From positions 37,751 to 101,750 of the forward strand of contig CAKSDZ010000002.1 in assembly GCA_934446365.1 (NCBI GenBank): a stretch of 64,000 bases of DNA. The letters are read 5' to 3'. Origin of the DNA: an uncultured Eubacteriales bacterium (GTDB lineage Bacteria > Bacillota > Clostridia > Oscillospirales > CAG-272). Within the stretch, counting starts at the first letter, position 1. Each line of letters starts with the position of its first letter. Below are positions 1 through 9,840 of this stretch, piece by piece. A model generated the notes under the pieces. That model worked only from the letters and a program-made list of their open reading frames with translations, had not been told where the DNA came from and did no database searches. Both the position numbers and the translations under genes were made by a program.

Positions 1-333
1 TTTATCCTTGACAATCAGCGTCGTCTTGTCATAGCTCACGATGACGTTATAGGCTTTCGGCGAGTAATCCGTATCTTCATAAGGCACCGCGCCGACATTC
101 TCGCCCGAATGTTTCGAATATTCCTCAATAAAATCCGCATATTCCTTTCCGCCTTTCAGGAACTTATTTCCGATTTCATCTAAAATCAGCTTTTCGTCCA
201 GCTCGTCGGCAGAGGTTTGGTATGCCGTATTCCCATACAGCACAGCGGAAAGAAAAATGAAAGCGATGACACTGACCATCATGAGGCCGATGATGACAAT
301 CGGCATCACCGAGCCTTTTTTGCTGTTTTTCAT
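1..333 (-). CDS. hypothetical membrane-anchored protein, C-terminus outside window (last visible gene of pilus-like operon)
   Basis: Absent from the ORF track because it runs off the window edge. My translation from ATG 333 reads MKNSKKGSVMPIVIIGLMMVSVIAFIFLSAVLYGNTAYQ..., with one N-terminal hydrophobic helix. Its ATG overlaps the TGA of the upstream gene (ATGA at 330-333), which suggests translational coupling. Confidence 0.5.
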   Translation of the reverse strand, partial: MKNSKKGSVMPIVIIGLMMVSVIAFIFLSAVLYGNTAYQTSADELDEKLILDEIGNKFLKGGKEYADFIEEYSKHSGENVGAVPYEDTDYSPKAYNVIVSYDKTTLIVKDK

Positions 334-950
334 GAGCCGCTCGCCTCCGTTCCCGATTCGGCCGCCTGCGCAAGCGAGGCGTCAAGCGTCAGTCCGGACG
401 TCAGATAATAGGCACGGCGCAGAGCTGTCGAGCCGCCCTTTATATAGAGCGCCTCGGCAATCAAAGTGTCCACTCGGATGATGCCGCCGCGATTTTCAAT
501 ATAGACGACCACCTTCACGGAGCAATTCGATGCCGTATCATAGGATTCCGCATCCTTTTCGACGTTTTTCTCCGCAATCCGATCGAGGCGCGCCGTCACA
601 GCACCGGAACGCGGCGTCCCCTCTTCCTTCATGGTATAATAATCGGAAGGGATATAAACGGCGAGCCTCCATATTTCGCCGCTTGCAAATGAAGCCGGGA
701 AGCCGCCCTCAACCGACGATATACCGTATACAAACTTCAAAGCCTCCTCGGGATCATCGCTTTGCAGACAGGAGAGAACATTATCCGCTTCGTTCACCGC
801 ATATTGACGGTAAGCTACATTTTCAAAGGATTCCGCGGCAAAAAGTACGGTCGAAAGCGCCGCAAAGGAAACGATGATGACAACCGTCATGGCCACAACA
901 ACCTCGACAAGCGTCATACCGCGCCGGGATCTGGTATTTGCTTGGTTCAC
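330..950 (-). CDS. type IV pilin-like protein (minor pseudopilin) with prepilin-type N-terminal cleavage/methylation motif
   Basis: The N-terminus MNQANTRSRRG|MTLVEVVVAMTVVIIVSF has a basic leader, Gly, Glu at +5 and a hydrophobic helix. GTG start at 950 with AAAGGAGG 9 nt upstream. Confidence 0.7.
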   Translation of the reverse strand: MNQANTRSRRGMTLVEVVVAMTVVIIVSFAALSTVLFAAESFENVAYRQYAVNEADNVLSCLQSDDPEEALKFVYGISSVEGGFPASFASGEIWRLAVYIPSDYYTMKEEGTPRSGAVTARLDRIAEKNVEKDAESYDTASNCSVKVVVYIENRGGIIRVDTLIAEALYIKGGSTALRRAYYLTSGLTLDASLAQAAESGTEASGS

Positions 951-987
951 TTACGCGCGCCTCCTTTCCTGCTATCGCATGATCGTA

Positions 988-2313
988 TCACAAAATCTGC
1001 TGTCCCTTGAATGAGCCTGCAAAATAACCGCCGTAAGCGGAAAGATTTCCGGTCAGCTCGGGATTTTTCTCGACAGACGGATCAAAATACAGAAATTTCA
1101 TATGAGAATCCTCCTCCGCATTCAGCCTTTCAAGCAAAAACGCAAACTGCGCCGGCAGATTCAGCACCGTATAATCCGGCGTCGGCATGCCCTCCGTCAG
1201 CCTGCACTGCCTGATAAAAAGCAGGATTCGCTTCAAAATATACCGAAAGTTCTCATAAACGAAGCCGCGCTCATCCTCGGGAAACTCACGCTGCATGAAT
1301 TTCGGCAGCTTTCGGCCCTCTTTTTTGGTCAGCGTTTTTTCACTGCGGACGGGAGCCGTTCCTGCGGCATCCTCCGCCTGAAGCTCGCCGATAAGCTTCA
1401 ACATTTCCTCTTCCGAAAGATTTTCCATATTCATGGCAGGGATTTCCCCTGTCGCGGCGGGTATTTCCGCCGTTTCCTCGGCCGCAGGAGCGTCGGGAGC
1501 CGGACGGACGCCCGTTTCCTCGTCCTCTTCGTCCGAATATTCCTCATCGCTGATGGTAATGATCGATTTTGTCAGCTGCTTCGCCCTTGCAGCCTCCTTG
1601 GCATTCAGCACGGCCAGCTCCGCGACGTCGTCGCCGTAAATCGTGTTCTCTCCGACGACCTTATTCGGTTTTAAGATATCCTGTCCGAACGGCAGCTCGG
1701 AAAAGCCGAGGATTCGGTCTTTCTCGGTCAGAATGAGCAGTGTGCTGTTTTCCTTGATATCGACGAAAAGAAGATTGTCTTTTTTTACCTTGGGACGCAG
1801 CTCAAAAAGTGCACCTGCGGCTGCGGCCGGCGCAAACGTGAGCGTCGTGACCGGCATGGAATGCTTGGCGAAAGTCTCTCGGATTCCGTCGATCAGCGCT
1901 TTTCTCGTCACGGTCAGAAGATAGGCGGTGCTCTTTTTGTTGGTATAGAATATCTGCGGCGAAATTTTCAGCTCCTCCGCATTTTTATACTGATTTTTGA
2001 TTTCCGCCTTGAAAGCGGATTCCATTTGTGACTTCGACATCGTCGGAATCGTGATGATATCAAACGTCACAAGCGAAGCGGGCAGCACCACGGTCAGCGC
2101 GAACATGCGAAGCTGACGGAACAGCGGCGAAACGGCGGGGAGCGCCTCGTCAAGCGCCTCTGCATACTGGCCGCGCCGGAGCTTATCCCCCGGCAGAGGA
2201 AAATCCTTTGCTCTCGCTTTCTGCACGGAAGCGCCCGGTGCATTCATAATGGTTAGTTTTTCCGCCGCGGCGTTGATTTCCACCACGATCACAGGACTGT
2301 TGTTCGCTGCCAT
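988..2313 (-). CDS. PilM-like pilus assembly protein (tentative) with acidic low-complexity insert
   Basis: 441 aa, sitting between two pilin-like genes. The N-terminal half has a PilM-like layout (VVLPASLVTFDIITIPTMSKSQMESAFKAEI... LLTVTRKALIDGIRETFAKHSMPVTTLTFAPAAAAGAL). The assignment comes from pattern and context only. Confidence 0.45.
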   Translation of the reverse strand: MAANNSPVIVVEINAAAEKLTIMNAPGASVQKARAKDFPLPGDKLRRGQYAEALDEALPAVSPLFRQLRMFALTVVLPASLVTFDIITIPTMSKSQMESAFKAEIKNQYKNAEELKISPQIFYTNKKSTAYLLTVTRKALIDGIRETFAKHSMPVTTLTFAPAAAAGALFELRPKVKKDNLLFVDIKENSTLLILTEKDRILGFSELPFGQDILKPNKVVGENTIYGDDVAELAVLNAKEAARAKQLTKSIITISDEEYSDEEDEETGVRPAPDAPAAEETAEIPAATGEIPAMNMENLSEEEMLKLIGELQAEDAAGTAPVRSEKTLTKKEGRKLPKFMQREFPEDERGFVYENFRYILKRILLFIRQCRLTEGMPTPDYTVLNLPAQFAFLLERLNAEEDSHMKFLYFDPSVEKNPELTGNLSAYGGYFAGSFKGQQIL

Positions 2314-2383
2314 GAATTTTCTTATCTCCGTTCCGCCGCGCCCTGCGGCTTCTCTTACTCAAATTTTTATGCTTTTCCGACGT

Positions 2384-2902
2384 TTACGGGGAGGGCTGCC
2401 CTGATTTTTTCACAAGTGCGAAAACATATTCCCCTGTTTTCCCGTCCGCCGTATAGACGACCGTGCATTTCACAATGTCGGAAATATCCCCATCATAATC
2501 AAAGCTTACGTCCCGTATCAAGGTATACGTGCGCCATGATACCTCAGAGCCCTCATCGGATACTCCGTTTATCAAATCAAAAAAACGCTTATCATTTCTG
2601 TTAAACTGTAAGGTTCTCAAATCGGCAGGGTCATCCATATTTCGGAAGGACAATGCGGAATCCGGATGCTCGTATAGCATATACCTTTCCGTATCATACC
2701 GATAAAACCAGTCCGATATTTCATTTTTCACATGATAAAGCTCGCTGGAAAGCTTGGAGGTCGCCGTCCGCTTTACAAGATAGGAATTCATCATCACGAC
2801 AAGCGACAGAAGCGACGCAATCACAATGAGTCCGACGGTAATGGCGACGAGCAGCTCGGCAAGCGTGAAGCCGCGTCTATTTTTTTGCTTGACAGAATCC
2901 AT
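2384..2902 (-). CDS. type IV pilin-like protein (prepilin-type N-terminal motif)
   Basis: From the internal ATG at 2902 the product reads MDSVKQKNRRG|FTLAELLVAITVGLIVIASLL. GGAGG lies upstream. The track ORF extends to 2977, but that extension has no RBS support. Confidence 0.7.
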   Translation of the reverse strand: MDSVKQKNRRGFTLAELLVAITVGLIVIASLLSLVVMMNSYLVKRTATSKLSSELYHVKNEISDWFYRYDTERYMLYEHPDSALSFRNMDDPADLRTLQFNRNDKRFFDLINGVSDEGSEVSWRTYTLIRDVSFDYDGDISDIVKCTVVYTADGKTGEYVFALVKKSGQPSP

Positions 2903-3092
2903 ATAAAAAGCGGCCTCCTCTCCTGTTACAAATCCATAAACAAAGTAAAAACGGTTTGCCGGAAAATCGGTCGGCATCCGGCAAACCGGAAAAATCGCAT
3001 CCTAAAGAAATGAAGCCGCCCGAAAAATAACAGCCGTCATACGAGCCGCACCACGCATGAAGCCGGTATTTTCAAAATTCTCTTCAATATAT

Positions 3093-3812
3093 TTATTGAA
3101 GCTGCTGACGTTTGATTCTCTTTTTCATTCTGCGGACGTCACGCAGCATTTTGAAGGAATCCCTCAGGACATTCACCTTCGATTCCCTGTGATTGATGAT
3201 TTTCACCGGCATTTCTTCAATCCGATACCCCACCTTATTGGCGATCATAATGACTTCAAGGTCGAACGCAAAGCGGTCGACCTCACAGTTTGAAAATATT
3301 TTCTTCGCCGCATCACGCCGGAAGCCCTTGATTCCGCACTGAGAATCGGAAAGACGGAAGCCCGCGGCAATCGAAATCACCTTTATGTAGGTTTTAGAGG
3401 CGAGCTTGCGGATAAAGGTATACCCCGCATATCCGTCCTTCGACAAATTTCTCGAACCGACGACGATATCCGCGTCGGACTTAGAAAAAATACCCGCCAG
3501 CTCTCCCACGGCCTCCGTCCCGTATGCGTTGTCGCAATCGGTAAAGATGAGGATATCGCCCGTCGCGGACAGCATTCCCGTGCGCACGGCATAGCCCTTT
3601 CCGCGGTTCGGCGAATAAGAACAAAGCCGGATGCGCGGTTCCGTCTGCGCCGCGGCGGAAACGACAGCACCGCAGCCGTCCGAGGAGCCGTCATCCACAA
3701 AAATAAGCTCCCAGTCCTCAAACGCGGACCTCATATAATCCGAAAAGGTTTTGAGTGCCCCATCAATAATGGAGCTTTCGTTATACATCGGAATAATCAA
3801 AGAAACCTTCAT
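3093..3812 (-). CDS. family 2 glycosyltransferase (polyprenyl-phosphate glycosyltransferase-like)
   Basis: MKVSLIIPMYNESSII...FVDDGSSDG...TDCDNAY shows GT2 DxD-type signatures. GGAGG precedes the ATG at 3812. Confidence 0.8.
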   Translation of the reverse strand: MKVSLIIPMYNESSIIDGALKTFSDYMRSAFEDWELIFVDDGSSDGCGAVVSAAAQTEPRIRLCSYSPNRGKGYAVRTGMLSATGDILIFTDCDNAYGTEAVGELAGIFSKSDADIVVGSRNLSKDGYAGYTFIRKLASKTYIKVISIAAGFRLSDSQCGIKGFRRDAAKKIFSNCEVDRFAFDLEVIMIANKVGYRIEEMPVKIINHRESKVNVLRDSFKMLRDVRRMKKRIKRQQLQ

Positions 3813-3999
3813 ATTATCAATCCTCCGCACCGTCCAAATCCCAACGGCGCCAATTTTCAGGCAACGAATCTATGGCACGCGGCTCTGTCCGACATATCGG
3901 GTACTTATTATAAAACAAAACCGCGCCGCTTGGAAAGGCCCCGGCAAAAAAGGTGCCTTTCAAAGCCAAAACAGCATCTCATTTCCCGCAGGTACAGGC

Positions 4000-5148
4000 T
4001 CAATACAGCGTATTGACCGCGATTCTTTTATAGATTTTGCTGTCTATGGGAACGCATGTCGAATTCTGAATATAGCTCTCCTTGATTGTAAGATATCTGT
4101 CGTAATGCGGTGTTGCATACGACGCTCCCACATAAGAATACTCAAACATCGCTTTGGCGCGGCTGTCGCTGCCGCAAATGAAATCCAAATCAAAGCCAAG
4201 CCGCTGGAACACGGCAAAATATCCGGTACGGTCGTCCTCATCGCCGGAAATCACATCGCTGATTTCATTCGTATCGAGCGCCATGACCGCATTCATCGTA
4301 ATGGTGTTGACGGAATCTCCGGTGGAAGAGCCGACGATAGCACCGTAAGCATCAAAATAAATCTCGCTCATATAATCGGAATTGGAATATTCCGAGATAA
4401 CGGTGTCGACAGACTCCCCCGCAAGGAGCTTACGATAAGCTGCCTCGATATCCGCGCGGGCTTTTTCCTCCGCCGCAGAATCTCCCTTGGTATACAAAAC
4501 GACGACCTGTTTATAGTGATAATAGCTCTGGCTCAAATAATCGTCAAGGTCGGAGGAAAGCGCCAGTTTCAGTCTTTTTTCCAAAAGGTTTTTGTAATAG
4601 GTGAATTCAAAATATTCCGGCGTCATGCCGCCCGCAAGAGAAAGCGTCTTGCGGTAAAGCTCCTCGGCGTATTCCTCTTTCGTTCCCTTATAATCGATTT
4701 GCGATTCGTCCATTTCATCGATATAAGCCTGAAGCTTTTTCATATAGTCGTCGTAATACGCCTGCTTGTCCGCCTCCGTGACGGTGATTCCGTACTTTTC
4801 ACCGAGTGCCACAAGGCTGTAATATTCGACGAGAGTGTCCTCCGCGACTTCTTTGACAGCGGCCGTTTTTTCCTTTTTCGTGGCGATTTTGGCATTTCCG
4901 TCCTCGTCCACGACCGTATCGGAAACAATTCCTTTGAGATAAATAAACACCGTGCGATATGTTTCAAACGGAACATCATAGCTTTTTGCTCCGTCTCCCA
5001 CGTCTACCGTGATTTTCAGGACGTTGTCCACATCGATTCTTCCGCCGTACCAGGCATAAAGCCCCGGCTTCCGTTCACAGCCTACAAACATCGTCACAAG
5101 CATACAAAGCACGGCAACGAGACATACAGCTTTTCCTATCTTCTTCAT
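4000..5148 (-). CDS. lipoprotein, possibly PrsA/SurA-like foldase with degenerate parvulin-like region
   Basis: Signal peptide plus lipobox: MKKIGKAVCLVAVLCMLVTMFVGC. The C-terminal part (HYKQVVVLY...ISEYSNSDY...GYFAVFQRL) resembles a parvulin layout. The functional call is weak. Confidence 0.5.
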   Translation of the reverse strand: MKKIGKAVCLVAVLCMLVTMFVGCERKPGLYAWYGGRIDVDNVLKITVDVGDGAKSYDVPFETYRTVFIYLKGIVSDTVVDEDGNAKIATKKEKTAAVKEVAEDTLVEYYSLVALGEKYGITVTEADKQAYYDDYMKKLQAYIDEMDESQIDYKGTKEEYAEELYRKTLSLAGGMTPEYFEFTYYKNLLEKRLKLALSSDLDDYLSQSYYHYKQVVVLYTKGDSAAEEKARADIEAAYRKLLAGESVDTVISEYSNSDYMSEIYFDAYGAIVGSSTGDSVNTITMNAVMALDTNEISDVISGDEDDRTGYFAVFQRLGFDLDFICGSDSRAKAMFEYSYVGASYATPHYDRYLTIKESYIQNSTCVPIDSKIYKRIAVNTLY

Positions 5149-5334
5149 GAATTACCTCCAAAAAGGATTTAAACGACTTGGATTTTATATCAAAACGCTC
5201 CGCGATACCCGCCGGCAAAGCCAAACACCTCGGTCTGTTTTTGCCGGCGGGGACAGAGCTTCCCTATTCCCGTAAAACTTATACGAATCATTTTATCATA
5301 TTTTATCCGTATTTTCAATTATATTTTTTATTTT

Positions 5335-6399
5335 TTACATATTGTTAGCAAATATTTCGGAAATTATGGTGTTCCTCATGGAATCCACCTTGGAAAAATC
5401 GATATATTCGCCGTAAATTTTTTCCGCTTCCGCGTGAAAGCGTCCGGCATCCGCCAGCGCTGTCAGCGCGCCGTCCATCAGCGATGCCGCACATTTTTCC
5501 GAGAAGCGGAGCCGTCCGCGGTGCGCGGCAAGCTTTTCCCTTGACGCAAATCTTGAAATATTGATTGTTTTATCGAAAGCTTCCGCCTCCGTCTCGCCGC
5601 ACACCGCGAAGAATACATTTTCCCCGTCTACAAAAACGCCCTCCGTGCGCGAGGGCAGCAGCGGCGTCGGGCAAACCGTCATGGAAATCCCCGCGCGCTC
5701 GATCGCGATGCAAAGGCGCGTCATAAAAACATAACCGAGCCCGTATTTATCGGTGACGGCATAGGTCTTTTCCGCTTTTTTGCGAAACGTATCGAGCGTG
5801 ACCTTTCCCGACGTTCCGATCGCGGATAAATACCGGCGAGAGACGCCGCCTGTCTTTGCTTTTTTCATCGACGACACAATCCGCGCGATGGCGGCGTCCG
5901 CCTTTTCCGTGAGAAAAGCCGGCATGGCAAGCTCCGCAATCTCCCGCTCCATGCGTCCCGCGGCGGAAAGATACCGGTATGCCGTGCGGTAGGAGTCCCG
6001 CTTCTCCGATATCAGCGAAATCAGACGTGCGCGCTGCTCCTCCAGCCCCGCAAAATCGAAAGCCTCCCCGAGATTGACGATCCTTTCCACGGCGCCGGGA
6101 TACACGGGATCGGTCATATGCGGGGCGGTCCCGTCGATCACGGCGATGCCGAGCTTCGGAATCAGAACGCCGTCAAGCGAGCTTGTGTCGGAGGAGCAGT
6201 AATCATATTCCACCTCATATCCGTTCGCCTCGGCGGCAAAGCCGACGCTTTTCATAAGCGTCGATTTCCCCGTGCCGGGACCTCCTTTGAGTATGTAAAT
6301 GCGATTCAGCTTCTCCGGCGGGAATATTTCGCCGAACAGACTGAAAAAGCCTCCCTCGGTATTGGCAGCGGCAAAAAATCTTGTCGTATAGTTCTCCAT
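5335..6399 (-). CDS. uncharacterised P-loop NTPase
   Basis: Walker A motif ILKGGPGTGKSTLM. Start placed at MENYTTRF with GAAAGAGGAG upstream. The longer track ORF is unsupported. Confidence 0.6.
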   Translation of the reverse strand: MENYTTRFFAAANTEGGFFSLFGEIFPPEKLNRIYILKGGPGTGKSTLMKSVGFAAEANGYEVEYDYCSSDTSSLDGVLIPKLGIAVIDGTAPHMTDPVYPGAVERIVNLGEAFDFAGLEEQRARLISLISEKRDSYRTAYRYLSAAGRMEREIAELAMPAFLTEKADAAIARIVSSMKKAKTGGVSRRYLSAIGTSGKVTLDTFRKKAEKTYAVTDKYGLGYVFMTRLCIAIERAGISMTVCPTPLLPSRTEGVFVDGENVFFAVCGETEAEAFDKTINISRFASREKLAAHRGRLRFSEKCAASLMDGALTALADAGRFHAEAEKIYGEYIDFSKVDSMRNTIISEIFANNM

Positions 6400-6577
6400 T
6401 CGCTCCTCTTTCTCCGCCGCCCGCGCCCGCACTGAAACGGTGCGCTTCCATATGAAGCCGCAATCGGCCGCACGCGGCAGCTTTCGGTTTTTCACTGCAT
6501 TGTATGCAGGAAAAGGTCCGCACGCCAATCTTTTTTGAAAAATATGACTGCTTTTCCGACATTTTTTTAAATTTCAC

Positions 6578-6607
6578 TTGACAGACAGAAGCACTCCGGT
6601 GTATAAT
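6578..6607 (+). promoter_or_regulatory. sigma-A-type promoter upstream of rpsU
   Basis: TTGACA (6578-6583), 18-nt spacer, TATAAT (6602-6607). Confidence 0.5.
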
Positions 6608-6666
6608 AACCATCGAGAAAATTTAATTCTCTTTGCACCTTTTTCATGCGGAGGGAGGGATTATGA

Positions 6667-6846
6667 ATGGCTGAAATAAGAGTTAAAGAAAACGAATCGC
6701 TTGACAGCGCTCTTCGCAGATTTAAGAGACAGTGCGCTCGCTCCGGTGTCATCGCCGAGGTCAAAAAAAGAGAGCACTACGAGAAACCGAGTGTTAAGCG
6801 TAAAAAGAAATCAGAAGCGGCAAGAAAGCGTAAATTCAAAAGCTGA
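6667..6846 (+). CDS. rpsU: 30S ribosomal protein S21
   Basis: 59-aa ORF, below the track cutoff: [69 protein letters not shown] lies upstream. Confidence 0.9.
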   Translation: MAEIRVKENESLDSALRRFKRQCARSGVIAEVKKREHYEKPSVKRKKKSEAARKRKFKS

Positions 6847-6861
6847 TTGCAGCACAACATG

Positions 6862-6899
6862 CCCCGCGGAGGTTTGCGCTTCGCGGGGCTTTTGTTTTT
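6862..6899 (+). terminator. rho-independent terminator after rpsU
   Basis: CCCCGCG...CGCGGGG stem followed by CTTTTGTTTTT. Confidence 0.7.
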
Positions 6900-6952
6900 A
6901 TCCGTTAAATCCGCCGCAAACAGGAAATAATACCGGAAGAAAAGGAATTCAC

Positions 6953-7459
6953 ATGGACAAAAAAGCATATTTGGAAATCGCGAAAATCATCAATACGCAC
7001 GGCGTGCGCGGCGCGGTGAAGCTCGAGCCGTGGTGCGACAGCCCCGACGTCCTAAAACAAATCAAAACGCTGTATCTTCAAGACGGAACCGCCTTTGCGG
7101 TATCCGATATCAAAACGATAAACGGCGGGTTCCTCGTCGTTTCCCTTTCCGGCATTGAAACCGTGGAGCAGGCGGCGCGGCTGAAAAACAAAGTTCTCTT
7201 TGCCAAGAGAGAGGATATCCCGCTCACACCGGGCGCGCATTTTATCTGCGACCTTATCGGACTTCCCGTTATCGATGCCGTAACCGGAAAGCAGTATGGG
7301 ACGCTTTCGGACGTCATGCAGAATACCGTGCAGGAGCTTTATGCCGTGAAAACGCCGGAGGGCGGCACCGTCCTTCTGCCCGCGGTTCCGGAATTTATCC
7401 GTAAAATCGACGAGGAAGCCGGTATTTTCATCACGCCGATTGCCGGCTTTTTCGACTGA
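6953..7459 (+). CDS. rimM: 16S rRNA processing protein RimM
   Basis: MDKKAYLEIAKIINTHGVRGAVKLEPWCDSP... is a typical RimM N-terminus. The start is the internal ATG of the track ORF 6701..7459. Confidence 0.85.
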   Translation: MDKKAYLEIAKIINTHGVRGAVKLEPWCDSPDVLKQIKTLYLQDGTAFAVSDIKTINGGFLVVSLSGIETVEQAARLKNKVLFAKREDIPLTPGAHFICDLIGLPVIDAVTGKQYGTLSDVMQNTVQELYAVKTPEGGTVLLPAVPEFIRKIDEEAGIFITPIAGFFD

Positions 7460-7475
7460 CGGGAGGCGGCATCCG

Positions 7476-8195
7476 ATGCGCTTCGATATCATGACGCTCT
7501 TCCCGGCGCTCATCGAGACGGTGCTTTCCGAAAGCATCATCGGCCGAGCGAGAAAAGCCGGGATTTTGGAAATCAACACCTATAACATACGCGATTATTC
7601 AAAGGACAAGCACCGCCGCGTCGACGATACGCCGTATGGCGGCGGACGCGGAATGCTCATGAGTCCCGTGCCGATCTACGACTGCTTTCTCGCGGCGACC
7701 GACCCCGAAAAAAATCCGGCAAAAAAGCGGCGCGTGCTGTATATGTCCCCGCAGGGACGGGTTCTGACGCAGGAAAAGGCGCGCTCGCTCGCCGCGGAAT
7801 ACGACAATATCGTCATTCTCTGCGGCCACTATGAGGGCGTCGACGAACGCATCATCGAGGAAATCGTCGATGAGGAGGTTTCCGTCGGTGATTTCGTGCT
7901 GACAGGCGGCGAGATACCCGCCTGCATCCTCGTCGACGCGGTGTCCCGTCTGATTCCGGGCGTGCTTTCCGACGCGGAATGCTATGAAAAGGAAAGCTTC
8001 TCCGAGGAGGGACTTCTCGAATATCCTCAGTATACGCGTCCCTATGAATTCCGCGGCAGAAAGGTTCCGGACGTGCTGCTCAGCGGTCATCATGCGAACA
8101 TCGAAAAATGGCGCGCCGAGGCGGCGCTCGAAAAAACAAGACGGGCACGTCCCGAGCTTGTCCGCGATAAGCCGGAACCAAAGTCCGAAGCATAA
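7476..8195 (+). CDS. trmD: tRNA (guanine37-N1)-methyltransferase
   Basis: MRFDIMTLFPALIE...DDTPYGGGRGMLM. GGGAGG lies upstream of ATG 7476. Confidence 0.9.
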   Translation: MRFDIMTLFPALIETVLSESIIGRARKAGILEINTYNIRDYSKDKHRRVDDTPYGGGRGMLMSPVPIYDCFLAATDPEKNPAKKRRVLYMSPQGRVLTQEKARSLAAEYDNIVILCGHYEGVDERIIEEIVDEEVSVGDFVLTGGEIPACILVDAVSRLIPGVLSDAECYEKESFSEEGLLEYPQYTRPYEFRGRKVPDVLLSGHHANIEKWRAEAALEKTRRARPELVRDKPEPKSEA

Positions 8196-8225
8196 AAAGC
8201 CGCGGAGCGGCGGGAAGGAGATGTC

Positions 8226-9818
8226 ATGGAGAAAACTGCAAAAAAAGCCGGATTTACCGTCGCCGCCATGATTCTCGCCACGCTGCTTTCCAAGCTTCTC
8301 GGCATGCTCCGTCAGGTGATGATTGCAAGCACGCTCGCCGACAGCATGGAGGGCGTCGCCTTTGCCGCGGCGTCCAAAATCCCGTTTGCAATCTTCGACA
8401 TGCTCTTTTCCGCCGCGGTGCTGGGTTCGTTCATTCCGATTTACAAAGGGAGCCTTGCCAAAGAGCCGGAACGCGCACGGAAATTCTCCGCATCGTTTCT
8501 CACCTGCATCGCCGTCGTAACCGCGGTAATTGCCGTGCTCGGCATGATTTTCTCGCGTCAGATTCTCTTTTTGGCGGCGCCGAAGCTCGACGAGGAAACC
8601 GCCGTGCTCGCCGCGGGACTGCTTCGCATCATGTTCCCCGCCATGATATTCGCAGGGGCTGCCTACACGCTCGTCGGCATTCTGCAATCCCATGAAAGCT
8701 TCATCCTGCCGTCGCTTGTCAGCGCGTTTTCCAACCTCGTCATCATCGGCTATCTCTTTCTGTTCCGCGATGTATCGGGCGAGGCCGCCGCATACGGGCT
8801 TGCCGCGGCTTATCTCGTGTCATGGACGGTGCAGTTTCTCACCCTCGCGGTGCCCCTCATAAAGCGTCACCGTTTCCCGCGTCCCCGCGCCGACTTCGGA
8901 AATCCCGACCTTCGCCTGTCGGTGAAGCGTTCGCTTCCGGTCATGCTCGGCTCATGGCTTATTCCCGTCGGCACGCTTACGGCGACGTTCTTTTCCTCCT
9001 ACATCGACATGCAGACAAGCGGCGCCGCAATCGTCGTTTTCGATTATGCGTTTTCCGTATACTCCATCATCGCCGGAATCTTGACCTACGGCGTATGCAA
9101 TTTCATCTTCCCGAAGCTGTCGGAAAAATCCGCCGCCGGTGATACCGCAGGCTTTGCCGGAACCGTTCGCACGGGCTTTTTTGCCGCGCTCGCCATGATT
9201 CTGCCCGTGGCGGCGGGCACCTTTATCCTTTCCGGCGAGGGAATCCGCCTTTTGTACCTGCGCGGTGACTTTACCGAAGAGCTTGCGGCCGCCGTCGCCG
9301 CAAGTCTGCGCGTACTCACCGTCGCGATGCCGGCCTACTGTGTCATCGAGCTGCTCTCCCGCGTATTCTACTCCTGCGGCAGGGAAAAACATCCGATGTA
9401 CGCCGCGGCCGCGGGCATGATAACGGGAATCCTGTCGTCGCTTTTGTTCTTGGCCGCGGACTCGCTCACCGTCACGACCATCGCGCTGTCAAATGCCATA
9501 GGACAGGTCGCGGCGGCGCTCCTTCTGCTTTTTTTCTGCCGCGGCGTGATTCCGGACATGATTCGGAAAGAGGATATCAGAAAAGCCGTCGGAACGGCGT
9601 TTTCGTTCGTCCTCTCCGCAGCGGCGATGGCAGTTCTCCACCGTTTTCTCATACGGAAAATTGTAAATTTTGCCTTGCTCGGAAATTTTATTATCATAGC
9701 TATTGTTTTTCTCACCGGAATTGTGGTATATTTAATATGTATGATATCGACAAAATCCCTGATGATATCCCCATCAGGCTGGAAAAGAGGTGAAAATGCC
9801 CGTGGCCGGCGGCGATAA
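8226..9818 (+). CDS. murJ: lipid II flippase MurJ/MviN family
   Basis: 530-aa polytopic membrane protein. Its N-terminus LLSKLLGMLRQVMIASTLADSMEGVAFAAASKIPFAIFDML matches the MurJ pattern. Confidence 0.8.
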   Translation: MEKTAKKAGFTVAAMILATLLSKLLGMLRQVMIASTLADSMEGVAFAAASKIPFAIFDMLFSAAVLGSFIPIYKGSLAKEPERARKFSASFLTCIAVVTAVIAVLGMIFSRQILFLAAPKLDEETAVLAAGLLRIMFPAMIFAGAAYTLVGILQSHESFILPSLVSAFSNLVIIGYLFLFRDVSGEAAAYGLAAAYLVSWTVQFLTLAVPLIKRHRFPRPRADFGNPDLRLSVKRSLPVMLGSWLIPVGTLTATFFSSYIDMQTSGAAIVVFDYAFSVYSIIAGILTYGVCNFIFPKLSEKSAAGDTAGFAGTVRTGFFAALAMILPVAAGTFILSGEGIRLLYLRGDFTEELAAAVAASLRVLTVAMPAYCVIELLSRVFYSCGREKHPMYAAAAGMITGILSSLLFLAADSLTVTTIALSNAIGQVAAALLLLFFCRGVIPDMIRKEDIRKAVGTAFSFVLSAAAMAVLHRFLIRKIVNFALLGNFIIIAIVFLTGIVVYLICMISTKSLMISPSGWKRGENARGRRR

Positions 9819-9840
9819 AAAAACGCGCAGAGGAGCGAAA

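Noticed and set aside
3751-5172. 473-aa plus-strand ORF
   Set aside because: It is antisense to the lipoprotein gene and the 5' end of the GT2 gene. Its sequence is low-complexity and Arg/Ile-rich. The minus-strand genes have signal, lipobox and RBS support.
6701-6952. N-terminal 84 codons of the track ORF 6701..7459
   Set aside because: This stretch overlaps rpsU out of frame and crosses its terminator. RimM homology begins at ATG 6953.
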